From Candidatus Lloydbacteria bacterium RIFCSPHIGHO2_02_FULL_50_18 (lineage in GTDB: Bacteria; Patescibacteriota; Minisyncoccia; Phycocordibacterales; UBA6899), in the NCBI GenBank assembly GCA_001821395.1, contig MHLM01000001.1, positions 128,001 through 192,000 on the forward strand: a stretch of 64,000 bases of DNA. The letters run 5' to 3'. This document shows, in pieces, positions 8,561 to 18,543 of this stretch. Each line of letters starts with the position of its first letter. The first letter of the stretch is position 1. The position numbers and the translations under genes are program-made. A model generated the notes under the pieces. The model ran no database searches. It was not told where the DNA came from and saw nothing but the letters and a program-made list of their open reading frames with translations.

Positions 8561-11239
8561 TTACTGAACCGGAGGCTGATCAGGCAAACGGAGAAGCGCC
8601 TGATCGAATGCGGAGAGCGGTTCATCTTTCTTTTCCTCTGTCATCAAGCGCGGAAAATCTGCACGCGTGAAAACGAGTGTCGAACCCTGCTCGAGCTTAC
8701 CGCCGATGATCTTCTCGGCGACCTTTTGCTCTATCACCTCTTGGACAGCGCGTGTCATCGGGCGCGCACCCATGTCGGGATCGACACCATCAAGCATGAC
8801 CGCATCGATGACCGTATCATTGATGACCAAATTGATACTTTTTTCACGAAGACGCTTTTGCAGCTTTTTCAGCATGAGTTCTGCTATGCGACGATAATCG
8901 GGAACGGTCAACGGATGGAACAAAATAATGCCGTCGAAACGATTGAAGAGTTCGGGCTTCAGCTTTCCCTGACCGATGATAGTATCAATGATCTCTTTTT
9001 TAACGCTTTCGAGTTCTTTTCCCTCGTGCATTGCCTCGCGTATCTGCGGCGCACCTGCATTCGATGTCGCGATAAAGATCGTATTGCGCGCATTCACCTT
9101 CTTCCCCTGTGCATCATGAAAGACTCCTTCGTCCAAGACCTGAAGAAAGAGATCGAGCACCTTGGTATTCGTCTTTTCAAACTCGTCGAGCAGAAGGACT
9201 CCGTAGGGCTGTTCCTTGAGCAATATTGTAAGTGCTCCGGGTGTTCCATCCATTCCGCCGATCATGCGATCGAGCCCATCATCACCCTGATATTCACTCA
9301 TATCGAGACGCGCCATCGCATTCTCGTTCCCAAAGAACACCGTCGCTAGGGCTTTTGCCGTTTCCGTCTTTCCCACTCCGGTCGGTCCCAAGAAAAGGAA
9401 TGCACCGATCGGTCTGTTCATGTTACGCACACCCGCTCGGGAGCGACGCATGGCATTCGCAATAACTTGAAGCGCCTCCTCCTGACCAACAACGAGTTTT
9501 TGCATAATCGTCTCAAGATTGAGCAATCTATCCCGCTCTTCCTCGCTAATATCACCAACGGGAATACTGGTCTTTTCGTGGATGAATCGCAGCACATCCA
9601 CTTTCTTGACGATGTGCCCTCCGTGCGCAAGCATGCTTGGCGTCAGTTCAACCAAGATATCGATCGCCTTGTCCGGCATGACCCCTTCGCTGAAATAGTG
9701 CTGCGCCCCGCTGATGATCTCAGTGATCGCGGGATAGGTGAAAAAGATGGGATTTCTCCGTTCGGTCTCCTCAGCGACCTCCTCGATGATGCGAACGAGT
9801 GACGCTTCAGCCGGCTCCGTAAGCATCACCTTCTCAAAACGTTTCATGATCGCATTGTTCGGCTCAATGAATTGATGAAATCGGGAATTATCCGCAGTCG
9901 CGATGACTTGAATGAAATCCCCGGAGAGATACGGATCGAGAATGCCGACCACGTCCGCATCAATTGCGAGCGCACCCTGAATAAATCCCGGCAGGTCATC
10001 AATGACGAGAATAATATTCCCCGCCTTTACGGCGTCATTCATGATACGGATAAAAGACGTTTCAAGTTCCTGCTTTGTTTTCATCGTCGCGATGAACGCA
10101 TTCGCATCAAAAGCCATGACCCGCTTGTGCATTAACGTCGGATTGATGTATCCGTTCATGATATCCCGTGCAAAATCCAAGATCACGTCCATTTTACCTG
10201 TGCCTTCTTCACCAACAAGAATAGCATTCGCTTCCTTCGAGCGGGACAAAACGACCTCGAGCTGCTTGATCTGCTCGCTTCCGTAAATGAAGTTAAAACT
10301 CGAACCTCCTCCGATCGCTTCTTTAGTGAGGTCATGACTGAACCGACTGAGCGCATATGCGGAACCGTACGCAAAGTCTGCACCGAACGACGGCGACTGT
10401 CCGAGCGACACCTTACCCCAATAACGTTTTTTCTGTTTTCTTTTTTTGATCTGTCGCTCCACCCACTCGGTCGCTCCGACAAGTTCGCGCTTTCTCACTC
10501 CGAGTCCAAAGAGAAACTGGTAGAAATCCGGATCCAATTCGGTTATTTTGTTTGAAAGATCAAACAGCGTGAAAACTTCACGAAGCTCAGATTCCTTTTC
10601 TGCAAAATTCACGATGGTTGTTCTGTTCTTCAAATACTCTCTGACCGATTCCTCGCCGATGCCGCAACGAGTGAGAATATGCCGTCCATATCGTGAGGTG
10701 GCAAATGCAAAGAGGAGGTCTCCGTGTGCAACGACATAATATATTTCCGCTACCTCGTAATTTGGGATCGTATATGGGGTCTGCGCCCCCACAGCGCCAC
10801 GCTCGAGGAGTGCCTCGACATAATAATAGTAAGAATTGCCGTAGAAGCGAAGCATCTTCATTGTAAGCCAGACCGCAAAAGCCATGAGAAAAATGCCATT
10901 TCCGATAGGATTTTTTGTATCAAGCGGAATACGAGTTCCGCCGACAAAAGGAATGAGGTTCGGAATCGGGGCACTCGTAGGTATCGCGACCTGATCGGCA
11001 CTTGGGACGGTCACCGTATCACCGAAAAACTGCTGATATTGCGTGGGGATAGCGACACCACTCAAAAGCTTCGCCCTGATAAGGGGGGCACAGAGTATTC
11101 CGAGATAGATGATAACGATCGTTCCGCTCAAAACAGAAACCCATCCGCGGATTTTTCTTGATAATACTGCGTCAAGAACGATCGTTTTGTGATAACGCTC
11201 TGCCGGTTCTTTAAAAAAACTGTTATTGAATCCAAGCAT
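8561..11239 (-). CDS. membrane-anchored Hsp100/Clp-family AAA+ ATPase with degenerate D1 and intact D2; no M-domain and no obvious ClpP-binding loop
   Basis: D2 has Walker [10 protein letters not shown], Walker B LLLDEFEK and sensor/arginine-finger regions. D1 Walker A is GEEGTGKM and Walker B is ILVIDDLPG (both degenerate). Two N-terminal TM helices. Start ATG at 11239 lies 2 nt after the TGA of the upstream gene. Confidence 0.6.
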   Translation of the reverse strand: MLGFNNSFFKEPAERYHKTIVLDAVLSRKIRGWVSVLSGTIVIIYLGILCAPLIRAKLLSGVAIPTQYQQFFGDTVTVPSADQVAIPTSAPIPNLIPFVGGTRIPLDTKNPIGNGIFLMAFAVWLTMKMLRFYGNSYYYYVEALLERGAVGAQTPYTIPNYEVAEIYYVVAHGDLLFAFATSRYGRHILTRCGIGEESVREYLKNRTTIVNFAEKESELREVFTLFDLSNKITELDPDFYQFLFGLGVRKRELVGATEWVERQIKKRKQKKRYWGKVSLGQSPSFGADFAYGSAYALSRFSHDLTKEAIGGGSSFNFIYGSEQIKQLEVVLSRSKEANAILVGEEGTGKMDVILDFARDIMNGYINPTLMHKRVMAFDANAFIATMKTKQELETSFIRIMNDAVKAGNIILVIDDLPGFIQGALAIDADVVGILDPYLSGDFIQVIATADNSRFHQFIEPNNAIMKRFEKVMLTEPAEASLVRIIEEVAEETERRNPIFFTYPAITEIISGAQHYFSEGVMPDKAIDILVELTPSMLAHGGHIVKKVDVLRFIHEKTSIPVGDISEEERDRLLNLETIMQKLVVGQEEALQVIANAMRRSRAGVRNMNRPIGAFLFLGPTGVGKTETAKALATVFFGNENAMARLDMSEYQGDDGLDRMIGGMDGTPGALTILLKEQPYGVLLLDEFEKTNTKVLDLFLQVLDEGVFHDAQGKKVNARNTIFIATSNAGAPQIREAMHEGKELESVKKEIIDTIIGQGKLKPELFNRFDGIILFHPLTVPDYRRIAELMLKKLQKRLREKSINLVINDTVIDAVMLDGVDPDMGARPMTRAVQEVIEQKVAEKIIGGKLEQGSTLVFTRADFPRLMTEEKKDEPLSAFDQALLRLPDQPPVQ

Positions 11240-11241
11240 GA

Positions 11242-11703
11242 TCAGAAGGTCAGTGAATGAATTCCGGTAATGAAAAAATGTCCGACAAGAATAGGGAGGA
11301 TCGTCCACAGCAAGATGATCGCCATACCAAGAAGCAGTACGATAAAAAAGCAAATAATGGCAATACCGATGAGCGCACTACGGAGCACAAAGCCGACCAT
11401 CCGCATGATAAAATTGACGACCATGTTGCCAAAAAACTCTCCTGGATCAATGATCAGACTTACTTTTTTCTCCTGAAGCCTCTTGAACGGAGCGACCCAG
11501 CTTCGCACGACGTCAGGAAAAGAAAAAAGATGATTCACATACCAAAGATAGTTCCACCAAATGTGGACAATATCCACATAGGCCAGTGAATAGTGCCAAA
11601 CAAAGTAATCTCGCATGAGCGCCAATAGGGGCATATAGTAAAAGTATATCATGGAGCGGGCAACAACGAATAGCGAGTAGCAAATATGTATAAAAAACCG
11701 CAA
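11242..11703 (-). CDS. hypothetical membrane protein, translationally coupled to the Clp-like ATPase
   Basis: Aromatic-rich N-terminus and two C-terminal TM helices (ALIGIAIICFFIVLLLGMAIILLWTILPILVG). Its stop lies 2 nt before the downstream start. Confidence 0.4.
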   Translation of the reverse strand: MRFFIHICYSLFVVARSMIYFYYMPLLALMRDYFVWHYSLAYVDIVHIWWNYLWYVNHLFSFPDVVRSWVAPFKRLQEKKVSLIIDPGEFFGNMVVNFIMRMVGFVLRSALIGIAIICFFIVLLLGMAIILLWTILPILVGHFFITGIHSLTF

Positions 11704-11737
11704 ACCATTAATGGCGTGCGGTTGTTGTTCAACGGAT

Positions 11738-12391
11738 CTACCTGTACTTATTACACCGAATGAGCTGAGTAAAGTCGTTTTGGTCTTTTATAGCCAGGCA
11801 CATGCCACTCTCATAAAATTCAAATCCATCTCTAGTGATCGCACCGTCAGCACTGTCGGTATCGAGTCTAAAAAAATAACCAGAGACAAATCCATCATTT
11901 GCAGTCTTTAACAGAACACTGTGTCCCTCAGGTTCCACCCTTCCACGATCACGTGCGCGATACTTGATTGTCAGCAATAGTTCGCGTGCTCCTCTATATT
12001 CATGTTTCGCAATAAGTTTTGCCGCCGCAAGCATATCCGTTTCATTGCGGAGCAACGCCAGTGCATGATCCAATTGCTCATATCGTTTAGAGTTCCCCTG
12101 GCAAGAACGATATGCGAAAGTATCGGCATAGACGAGGGCGCCCACTGCCTCGCTAACATCCCCTGACTTGATGGCAAGCGCCGCGTACTTCTCGAACACA
12201 GCGATCTGCCGTTTCATTTTTTGCATTTGCGGCGCACTCATCGAATCGCAGCGCTCTGTGAGTGGCGCGGCAAAGGAAATTTCGGGTAACGCGATAGCAA
12301 GCACAGCAAAAAATATTTTGACAAAATTCATGATTATCCTTTTCTGCGTGGTCCTAAAACATGGTACCATAAAAACGATAGAAGTCAACAT
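11738..12391 (-). CDS. secreted hypothetical protein (likely start MNFVKIFFAVLAIALPEISFA at 12331)
   Basis: Signal-peptide-like N-terminus. A terminator hairpin lies at 11706-11736. No recognised domain. Confidence 0.45.
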   Translation of the reverse strand: MLTSIVFMVPCFRTTQKRIIMNFVKIFFAVLAIALPEISFAAPLTERCDSMSAPQMQKMKRQIAVFEKYAALAIKSGDVSEAVGALVYADTFAYRSCQGNSKRYEQLDHALALLRNETDMLAAAKLIAKHEYRGARELLLTIKYRARDRGRVEPEGHSVLLKTANDGFVSGYFFRLDTDSADGAITRDGFEFYESGMCLAIKDQNDFTQLIRCNKYR

Positions 12392-12412
12392 AATGCTACC
12401 AATAGATGGCGG

Positions 12413-13255
12413 CTACTTATAGAATATTTTATTGCCAAAACGCAAGTCGATCGACTTCACCGTTGTTGTCCCCTTCTTTGTACGCGCGATCTCCTCTTCA
12501 GCAAGCTTCAAGTTTGCAACACTTGCGCTCGGATCCTTCGATGAGGTCCATGAAAAAATCCATGGCTTGTCACTCGTGAAGGAGTAATCATGCTCATCAA
12601 GCTGGTCGATCTCATGCACGAAAATTCCCTCCTTTTCCAGCTCAGCAATAACGGCATACACTCTTTCGAGTTCTTCTTTCGGAAGCATAAATAATCCGAT
12701 CGGAGTATCCTGTTCGCTTTCACCCGCAATATTGGTGCGATAAATATCGAACGGGTAACCGGAGTACTCCGGAGCAAGCGCAAATACATAACCCTCACTG
12801 TCGGCGAGATAACAAATACCGCGGTCAGTCGTCGAGGCCTCAGCGCCACTCATGCACCAGAGATGCTTTGGCAGATACTCTATTATATTGATCTTCAGTA
12901 TCTTTTTTGCCTCAACGTTCATGTCGACCGCTTTGATGTGCGCATCAAAAGCGAGTAACGCAAGTGAAAGTTCCGAGCTTGGGTAAAAGAGTGCATTGTT
13001 GCGGTCTATCCTCCAAAGGATCTTTTCGGAAAGTAGTTTTTGTGCGATATTCCTGATCTCATCTGCACTACTTGCTACCGCTCCGGAGACCTCGATCGTA
13101 CTGATGCGAATAGCCTCCCGCTCCGCCCCCCAACTCACCGCGAAAAAAAGAAAATACCCAATCAATAAAAACTGACAGAGCCGTTCGAACGCGAGATCAA
13201 TGCGACGCATCCGGGCTCGTCCTGATTTAAGTGTTTTACGCGAGAGAAAGGCCAT
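12413..13255 (-). CDS. ftsQ: cell-division protein FtsQ/DivIB-like (TM plus POTRA-like domain)
   Basis: Short cytoplasmic N-terminus, TM (FLLIGYFLFFAVSW), then IRISTIEVSGAV..SADEI, a POTRA-like segment. C-terminal beta domain ends ...SIDLRFGNKIFYK. Confidence 0.45.
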   Translation of the reverse strand: MAFLSRKTLKSGRARMRRIDLAFERLCQFLLIGYFLFFAVSWGAEREAIRISTIEVSGAVASSADEIRNIAQKLLSEKILWRIDRNNALFYPSSELSLALLAFDAHIKAVDMNVEAKKILKINIIEYLPKHLWCMSGAEASTTDRGICYLADSEGYVFALAPEYSGYPFDIYRTNIAGESEQDTPIGLFMLPKEELERVYAVIAELEKEGIFVHEIDQLDEHDYSFTSDKPWIFSWTSSKDPSASVANLKLAEEEIARTKKGTTTVKSIDLRFGNKIFYK

Positions 13256-13264
13256 ACGCAGAGT

Positions 13265-14530
13265 TTAACCCCCGATGACACTTTTGCCCATGAATTGCTG
13301 CAGCGCTTCCGGAACACGGATCGTACCGTCGGACTGCTGATAGTTCTCAACAATAGAAACAAGGATGCGCGGTGTCGGAATGGCGGTGCAATTAAGCGAG
13401 TGCACAAATCGTAATTTCCCCTCCTTATCGCGATAACGCATATTGAGTCGTCTCGTCTGGAAATCATGAAAATACGACGCGGAACTGATCTCGCGATACT
13501 TCCCTTCACCGGGTACCCACAATTCGATATCATACTTCTTTACCTGACCGAGACCGAGATCTCCTCCGCAATTAACGACCGTGTGATACGGGATACCCAA
13601 GAGCTCAATGAATTCTTCGGTATTGCGGTTGATCTCCTCGTGAAGACGCACCGATTCTTCATGGCTCCCCTCGCACAGTACGACCTGCTCCCATTTAAAG
13701 AATTCATGGACACGGATAAGTCCGCGCGTGTCTTTCCCGTGCGCCCCCGCTTCGCGTCGGAAACATGGAGAGAAAGCGAGGAACTTGATCGGACCGCCCG
13801 AAATATCGATCGTCTCGTCCATATAGTAACCCATCGTGGCAACCTCACCTGTTCCGGCGAGAAAATCGCCGTCTTGGGTCTTATACAGGTCATCTTCGCC
13901 CTGAGGAAGATATCCGGTGCCGAGAAATGTTTCACGCCGTACGAGTGATGGGACGAGCATCGGCATGAAGCCTTTTGCGCCCCAGTGCTTGATCGCGAGT
14001 TGCCAAACCGCATTCGCGAGCATGAAGCCGTCACCCTTGAGAAAATAGCCGCGAAAACCGGACACTTTTGTCCCTCGCTCGAAATCGACCATGTCGTGCT
14101 TTTCCATGAGGTCGATGTGGCTTTGCGCAGGGAAAGGAAATGCGGTCGGTTCACCCCAGCGTTTCACCTCCTGATTCTCTGCATCGCTCTCGCCGTCCGG
14201 AACAGAGATGTCGGGCACGTTCGGTACCTGCAGCATCTCAAACCGCCAGCCCTCCATCACTCCCTTTAATTCTTCTTCTTTTGCCATGAGCGTATCCTTC
14301 AAGAGCTTCATCTGATCGATCATTGACTGTCGTTCGGTCTGATCGCTCGCACGCGCGATCTTGTCGGTATATGAATTCTGCTCAGCGCGCATTGTCTCAA
14401 CCTCAGTGAGCAATGCGGAGCGCCGGCCTTCCAAACGCAACAGTTCATCTACATTAAAATCAATACGCTTCTTTTTGGCCGCCGCCTTGATGAGGTCGGG
14501 GTTTTCTCTTATGAATTTTATATCAAGCAT
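13265..14530 (-). CDS. serS: seryl-tRNA synthetase
   Basis: N-terminal coiled-coil arm (MLDIKFIRENPDLIK...) and class II core motifs (FRREAGAHGKDTRGLIRVHEF, GLGQVKKYDIELW, REISSASYFHDFQTRRL). Confidence 0.9.
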   Translation of the reverse strand: MLDIKFIRENPDLIKAAAKKKRIDFNVDELLRLEGRRSALLTEVETMRAEQNSYTDKIARASDQTERQSMIDQMKLLKDTLMAKEEELKGVMEGWRFEMLQVPNVPDISVPDGESDAENQEVKRWGEPTAFPFPAQSHIDLMEKHDMVDFERGTKVSGFRGYFLKGDGFMLANAVWQLAIKHWGAKGFMPMLVPSLVRRETFLGTGYLPQGEDDLYKTQDGDFLAGTGEVATMGYYMDETIDISGGPIKFLAFSPCFRREAGAHGKDTRGLIRVHEFFKWEQVVLCEGSHEESVRLHEEINRNTEEFIELLGIPYHTVVNCGGDLGLGQVKKYDIELWVPGEGKYREISSASYFHDFQTRRLNMRYRDKEGKLRFVHSLNCTAIPTPRILVSIVENYQQSDGTIRVPEALQQFMGKSVIGG

Positions 14531-14587
14531 GGAAACATCATAGCAAAACTGCGGGAAAAAGAAAAAAGTACAAAAAAAGCCGGATGT

Positions 14588-14899
14588 TCATCCTGCTTTC
14601 TTGTCGTAACGATTTGGCTTCATATAACGTTCCGCATCCTTTTCACCGAACAAATTGCAAACATCAAGAACATCAAGCGCGTAAAGAAATTTCTTCCATG
14701 CAAATTTCACAACTGTGAATGCGCCAATCGTTGCGCAAGTATAGGCAATCAGCTGCGGGTGAAAAAAATGAGCGCTCAATGTGACCCACAATGACTGAAT
14801 GGCATTTGTACCGAAATGATATACACAGACAATACCGAGCAGTGCAGTCACGACAGAAACAACGACAACTACATATAATCTGAATCTAATGTTGCTCAA
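14588..14899 (-). CDS. hypothetical small membrane protein
   Basis: Three hydrophobic helices. No recognised family. Confidence 0.35.
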   Translation of the reverse strand: MSNIRFRLYVVVVVSVVTALLGIVCVYHFGTNAIQSLWVTLSAHFFHPQLIAYTCATIGAFTVVKFAWKKFLYALDVLDVCNLFGEKDAERYMKPNRYDKKAG

Positions 14900-15007
14900 T
14901 TTCTATACCCCTTATACGGTGTCGCATTTCTTGCAAAAGAATATCACTGGATTATCATCTGTCAACTTTCCTGCGATTGCGTTACTTGATCTATAATAGA
15001 ATGCATC

Positions 15008-15880
15008 ATGGGATATACAATCAGACAACTTTCCGACCAGGAGTTCCCTCCCCAGCTTCTCGAAATACCCGAGCCCCCGAAAGAATTATGGCTCGCCGGT
15101 GAACTCCCATCACCCGATACAGTGCTCCTTACCGTCGTCGGTGCACGCAAGCACACCTCGTACGGAAGAGAAGCATGCGAGGAAATCATTGCGGGGCTTG
15201 CGGGATACGACATCACCATTGTCTCCGGACTCGCCATTGGCATTGATGCGATCGCGCACGAGTCGGCGATACGCGCAGGACTTATGACCATCGCTGTTCC
15301 GGGATCGGGACTTGACCCTCGTGTGCTTTATCCGCGCACCAATTACCAACTTGCCGAGCGGATTCTTGAAGCAGGCGGTGCGCTGCTTTCTGAGTTTGCA
15401 CCCGATACCCCTCCTGCTCCGTGGACGTTCCCAAAGAGGAATCGCATCATGGCGGGTCTTGCCCGCGCGACACTCCTTATCGAAGCACAAGAAAGATCCG
15501 GTACGCTCATCACCGCGCGACTTGCCACGGACTATAACCGAGAGCTTCTCGTTGTGCCTGGAAGCATCTTTTCTCCGCTTTCAAAAGGAACGAATCAATT
15601 CATCGCACTCGGGGCAACGCCGGTGACCTCCGCCGCCGACGTGCTCCGAGCGCTTGGATTTAACACTGAGGATATGGCGGAAAAAGTAGAGATCGATCTT
15701 TCACAATTCCCTTCCGATGAGCGAGCAGTGCTTGAGCTCCTCACCGAGCCACTGGAGCGTGAGCGGCTCATTACGCAAATGGGGGTAAGCGCGAGCGATG
15801 CGAATGTGCTTTTGATGAGACTCGAGATCAATGGATACATATCGGATACACCGGAGGGCATTCGCAGGAACTATATATAA
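15008..15880 (+). CDS. dprA: DNA-processing protein DprA (Smf)
   Basis: Rossmann-like DprA core: LTVVGARKHTSYGREA, VSGLAIGIDAIAHESA, TIAVPGSGLD and SGTLITARLA. Confidence 0.8.
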   Translation: MGYTIRQLSDQEFPPQLLEIPEPPKELWLAGELPSPDTVLLTVVGARKHTSYGREACEEIIAGLAGYDITIVSGLAIGIDAIAHESAIRAGLMTIAVPGSGLDPRVLYPRTNYQLAERILEAGGALLSEFAPDTPPAPWTFPKRNRIMAGLARATLLIEAQERSGTLITARLATDYNRELLVVPGSIFSPLSKGTNQFIALGATPVTSAADVLRALGFNTEDMAEKVEIDLSQFPSDERAVLELLTEPLERERLITQMGVSASDANVLLMRLEINGYISDTPEGIRRNYI

Positions 15881-16044
15881 TAGCAATGGTAATTACTGCG
15901 TAAGGAAGTCTGCGCAACGTGTGCCAACGTTGCATTTTCACTATTCACAACGCGAAGAAACATGATGATAGCGGTGCTCTTTTTGAAATTTATTTTTTAT
16001 CCACGATTTGCAAATTATTTTTTGGCATGATACTTATTGAAAGC

Positions 16045-18243
16045 ATGTCAGTAGCAATGAAAAACAAAACGCTGGTCATTGTCGAGTCACCGACAAAGAT
16101 CAAGAAGCTTGAAGCCTACCTTGGCGATGACTACATCGTCCTCGCTTCCGTTGGACATATTCGCGACCTCCCAAAATCCAATAAGGTCGCTATCGATATC
16201 GATGGCGGTTTTGTACCGCATTATGAAATTGTTCCGGGGAAGGACAAGGTGGTTCGCGAACTCAAGGAGGCGGCGAAGGTCGTCAAAGAAGTCCTCCTCG
16301 CAACCGACCCCGACCGCGAAGGCGAGGCTATCGCCTGGCACATCGTCGAAGTCCTCGGCCTAAAAAATGCAAAACGTATCGTATTTCATGAAATCACTGA
16401 ATCTGCAATACAAGAAGCGGTGAAACACCCCCGTCCAATCGATGAAAACCTCCGCCAGGCACAGGAAGCACGACGCATCCTTGATCGTCTCGTAGGATAT
16501 GACCTTTCGGGACTTATCTGGAAAAAAGTTCGCTATGGCCTCTCTGCGGGACGCGTGCAATCCCCGGCGCTCCGTATCATCATGGAGCGGGAACGAGAGA
16601 TCCGTGCGTTCATTCCGGAAACATTCTGGAGACTGACCGCGGACGTTGCGACCGCAAAAAAAGAACCATTCACGCTCACCTGTAGCGAGGAGCCGAGAGA
16701 CAAAGAACTTGTAGACAGGATCCTCAAAGAAGGAAAGATGAATGACTGGTATGTCCTCGAAGTGAAAGAAACCCAGGTTGCGCGCACGCCGAAGACTCCT
16801 TTTACTACCTCAACACTCCAGCAGTCCGCATCAACTCGACTCGGACTGTCCCCCTCGCGCACGATGCAGATCGCACAGAAACTTTATGAGGCCGGACTCA
16901 TCAGTTATATGCGTACCGATAGCACCAATCTCGCGCAAGAGGCGCAGAAAGAAATTCTCGCTATGATCGAAAAGACCTATGGCAAGGAAAAGGCGATGGC
17001 ACGTACCTACAAAACGAAGAGCAAGAATGCACAAGAAGCACATGAAGCAATTCGTCCCACGAGCGCATCAAAGAAAAAGGCGGGACTAACTCCAGAGCAG
17101 CAAAGTCTCTATGCCCTGATATGGGAGCGCACGATCGCATCGCAGATGATCGATGCCACCACATTGCGTACAAAAATAGTGGCGAATATAGAGGGAGCAA
17201 AGCAGCCAATTCCCGATTTTCATGCGAACGGATCGCGTATCATCGCAAAAGGATGGCTCGAAGCGGATCCCGATGCCGCTGGCGAAGAAGTCACTCTTCC
17301 AAAAGTTTCATCCGGAGATAAGCTCATACTAAAACAGCTCGACGCCCTCGAGAAGCAAACCGAACCGCTTCCCCGTTACACCGAGGCGGGTCTCATTAAG
17401 GAGCTCGACAAACGCGACATCGGTCGACCGTCGACCTATGCTTCCATCCTCCGGACCATCACCACGAGAGGTTACGTGAATAAAGAAGGCAAGACGCTCA
17501 TACCGACTGATACCGGGGATGTCGTCAGTTCATTCCTCGAACAACACTTTGCCAAATACATCAGTGACACATTCACTGCAGAGATAGAGCAAAAACTCGA
17601 TGATATCGCCCTCGGGAAACGAAAATATGCAAAGACGCTGAAAGAATTTTATGATCCATTCAAAAAAGATGTGAAATCGAAAGATAAAATTGAGAAGATT
17701 ACCAACCTTGGTGAGGCACCGATGGGACTGCTTTGTCCAAAGTGCGGCGGCAATATGATCATCAAGCTCGGCAAGAACGGCAAGTTCTTATCATGCGCAA
17801 AATTTCCGGATTGTGACGGATTGCGCGGTATCGACGGACAAGAGATCGAGGGCCCCCGTCTCACCGGAGAAAAATGCCCCGACTGCGAGAAGGGTGACCT
17901 CATCGAGCGCGAGGGTAAGTTCGGACGATTCATTGCTTGTGCAAACTATCCGAAATGCAAATACATCAAAAAAGATGCCAATCTTAACCCGGTCACCTCA
18001 AGCGGAGTCAAATGTAATATCTGCAACGAGGGCGACATGATCGAGCGACGTGGCAGATTCGGGATATTTTGGTCATGTTCGAACTATCCGAAATGCAAAC
18101 ATGCGATCAAGGCGAAACCGACGGGGAAATTATGCCCAATGTGCCAAGCACTCATGATGGAAGGTACGAAAACAATTCCCGAGAGATGTTCAAAAAAGGA
18201 GTGCCCCAACCATAACCCGCACAAGCTCAATAAACCCAAATAG
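16045..18243 (+). CDS. topA: DNA topoisomerase I with three C-terminal zinc-ribbon repeats
   Basis: TOPRIM segment (LVIVESPTKIKKLEAYLG, EGEAIAWH) and active-site region (GLISYMRTDST). Three C4 zinc ribbons (CPKCGG..C..C, CPDCEKG..C..C, CNICNEG..C..C). Start taken at MSVAMKNK. Confidence 0.85.
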   Translation: MSVAMKNKTLVIVESPTKIKKLEAYLGDDYIVLASVGHIRDLPKSNKVAIDIDGGFVPHYEIVPGKDKVVRELKEAAKVVKEVLLATDPDREGEAIAWHIVEVLGLKNAKRIVFHEITESAIQEAVKHPRPIDENLRQAQEARRILDRLVGYDLSGLIWKKVRYGLSAGRVQSPALRIIMEREREIRAFIPETFWRLTADVATAKKEPFTLTCSEEPRDKELVDRILKEGKMNDWYVLEVKETQVARTPKTPFTTSTLQQSASTRLGLSPSRTMQIAQKLYEAGLISYMRTDSTNLAQEAQKEILAMIEKTYGKEKAMARTYKTKSKNAQEAHEAIRPTSASKKKAGLTPEQQSLYALIWERTIASQMIDATTLRTKIVANIEGAKQPIPDFHANGSRIIAKGWLEADPDAAGEEVTLPKVSSGDKLILKQLDALEKQTEPLPRYTEAGLIKELDKRDIGRPSTYASILRTITTRGYVNKEGKTLIPTDTGDVVSSFLEQHFAKYISDTFTAEIEQKLDDIALGKRKYAKTLKEFYDPFKKDVKSKDKIEKITNLGEAPMGLLCPKCGGNMIIKLGKNGKFLSCAKFPDCDGLRGIDGQEIEGPRLTGEKCPDCEKGDLIEREGKFGRFIACANYPKCKYIKKDANLNPVTSSGVKCNICNEGDMIERRGRFGIFWSCSNYPKCKHAIKAKPTGKLCPMCQALMMEGTKTIPERCSKKECPNHNPHKLNKPK

Positions 18244-18375
18244 GTAGCTTGCAATCTGCATTGCAAGCGGAAAATTGTTTTTGTGAGACGGAGCATTGTT
18301 TCGCCAGCAGGCGAAACGCGAGTCGGGGTCGCGAGCGTTTTCGTTCGACGGAACGAAAACGACTTGTGACCAAAA

Positions 18376-18447
18376 ACTATTCCCGAACGATGCAGCAAGA
18401 AGGAGTGCCCGAATCATAACCCCCACAAACTGAACAAGCTCACATAA
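18376..18447 (+). repeat. duplicated copy of the last ~70 bp of topA (encodes TIPERCSKKECPNHNPHKLNKLT*), separated from the gene by a 132-bp hairpin-rich insert
   Basis: 18168-18243 (the real topA end) and 18376-18447 align nearly base for base, with mostly synonymous differences. The intervening 18244-18375 contains three strong hairpins. Confidence 0.6.
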
Positions 18448-18543
18448 CACAAATACCACCCGCTCCAGAGAGCGGGTGATTGATTCTTGCTCAACTACCT
18501 ACTTTTTCATCTGTACACAGTTGCACAAATCTGATTTTTCGTT

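Noticed and set aside
8667-10555. Multiple plus-strand ORFs (76-207 aa) inside the Clp-like gene, and similar antisense ORFs inside clpB, gyrA, topA, serS and the LamG/SASA gene
   Set aside because: They are antisense to long ORFs with clear domain content and show low-complexity or Ser/Arg-rich translations. Not reported as genes.
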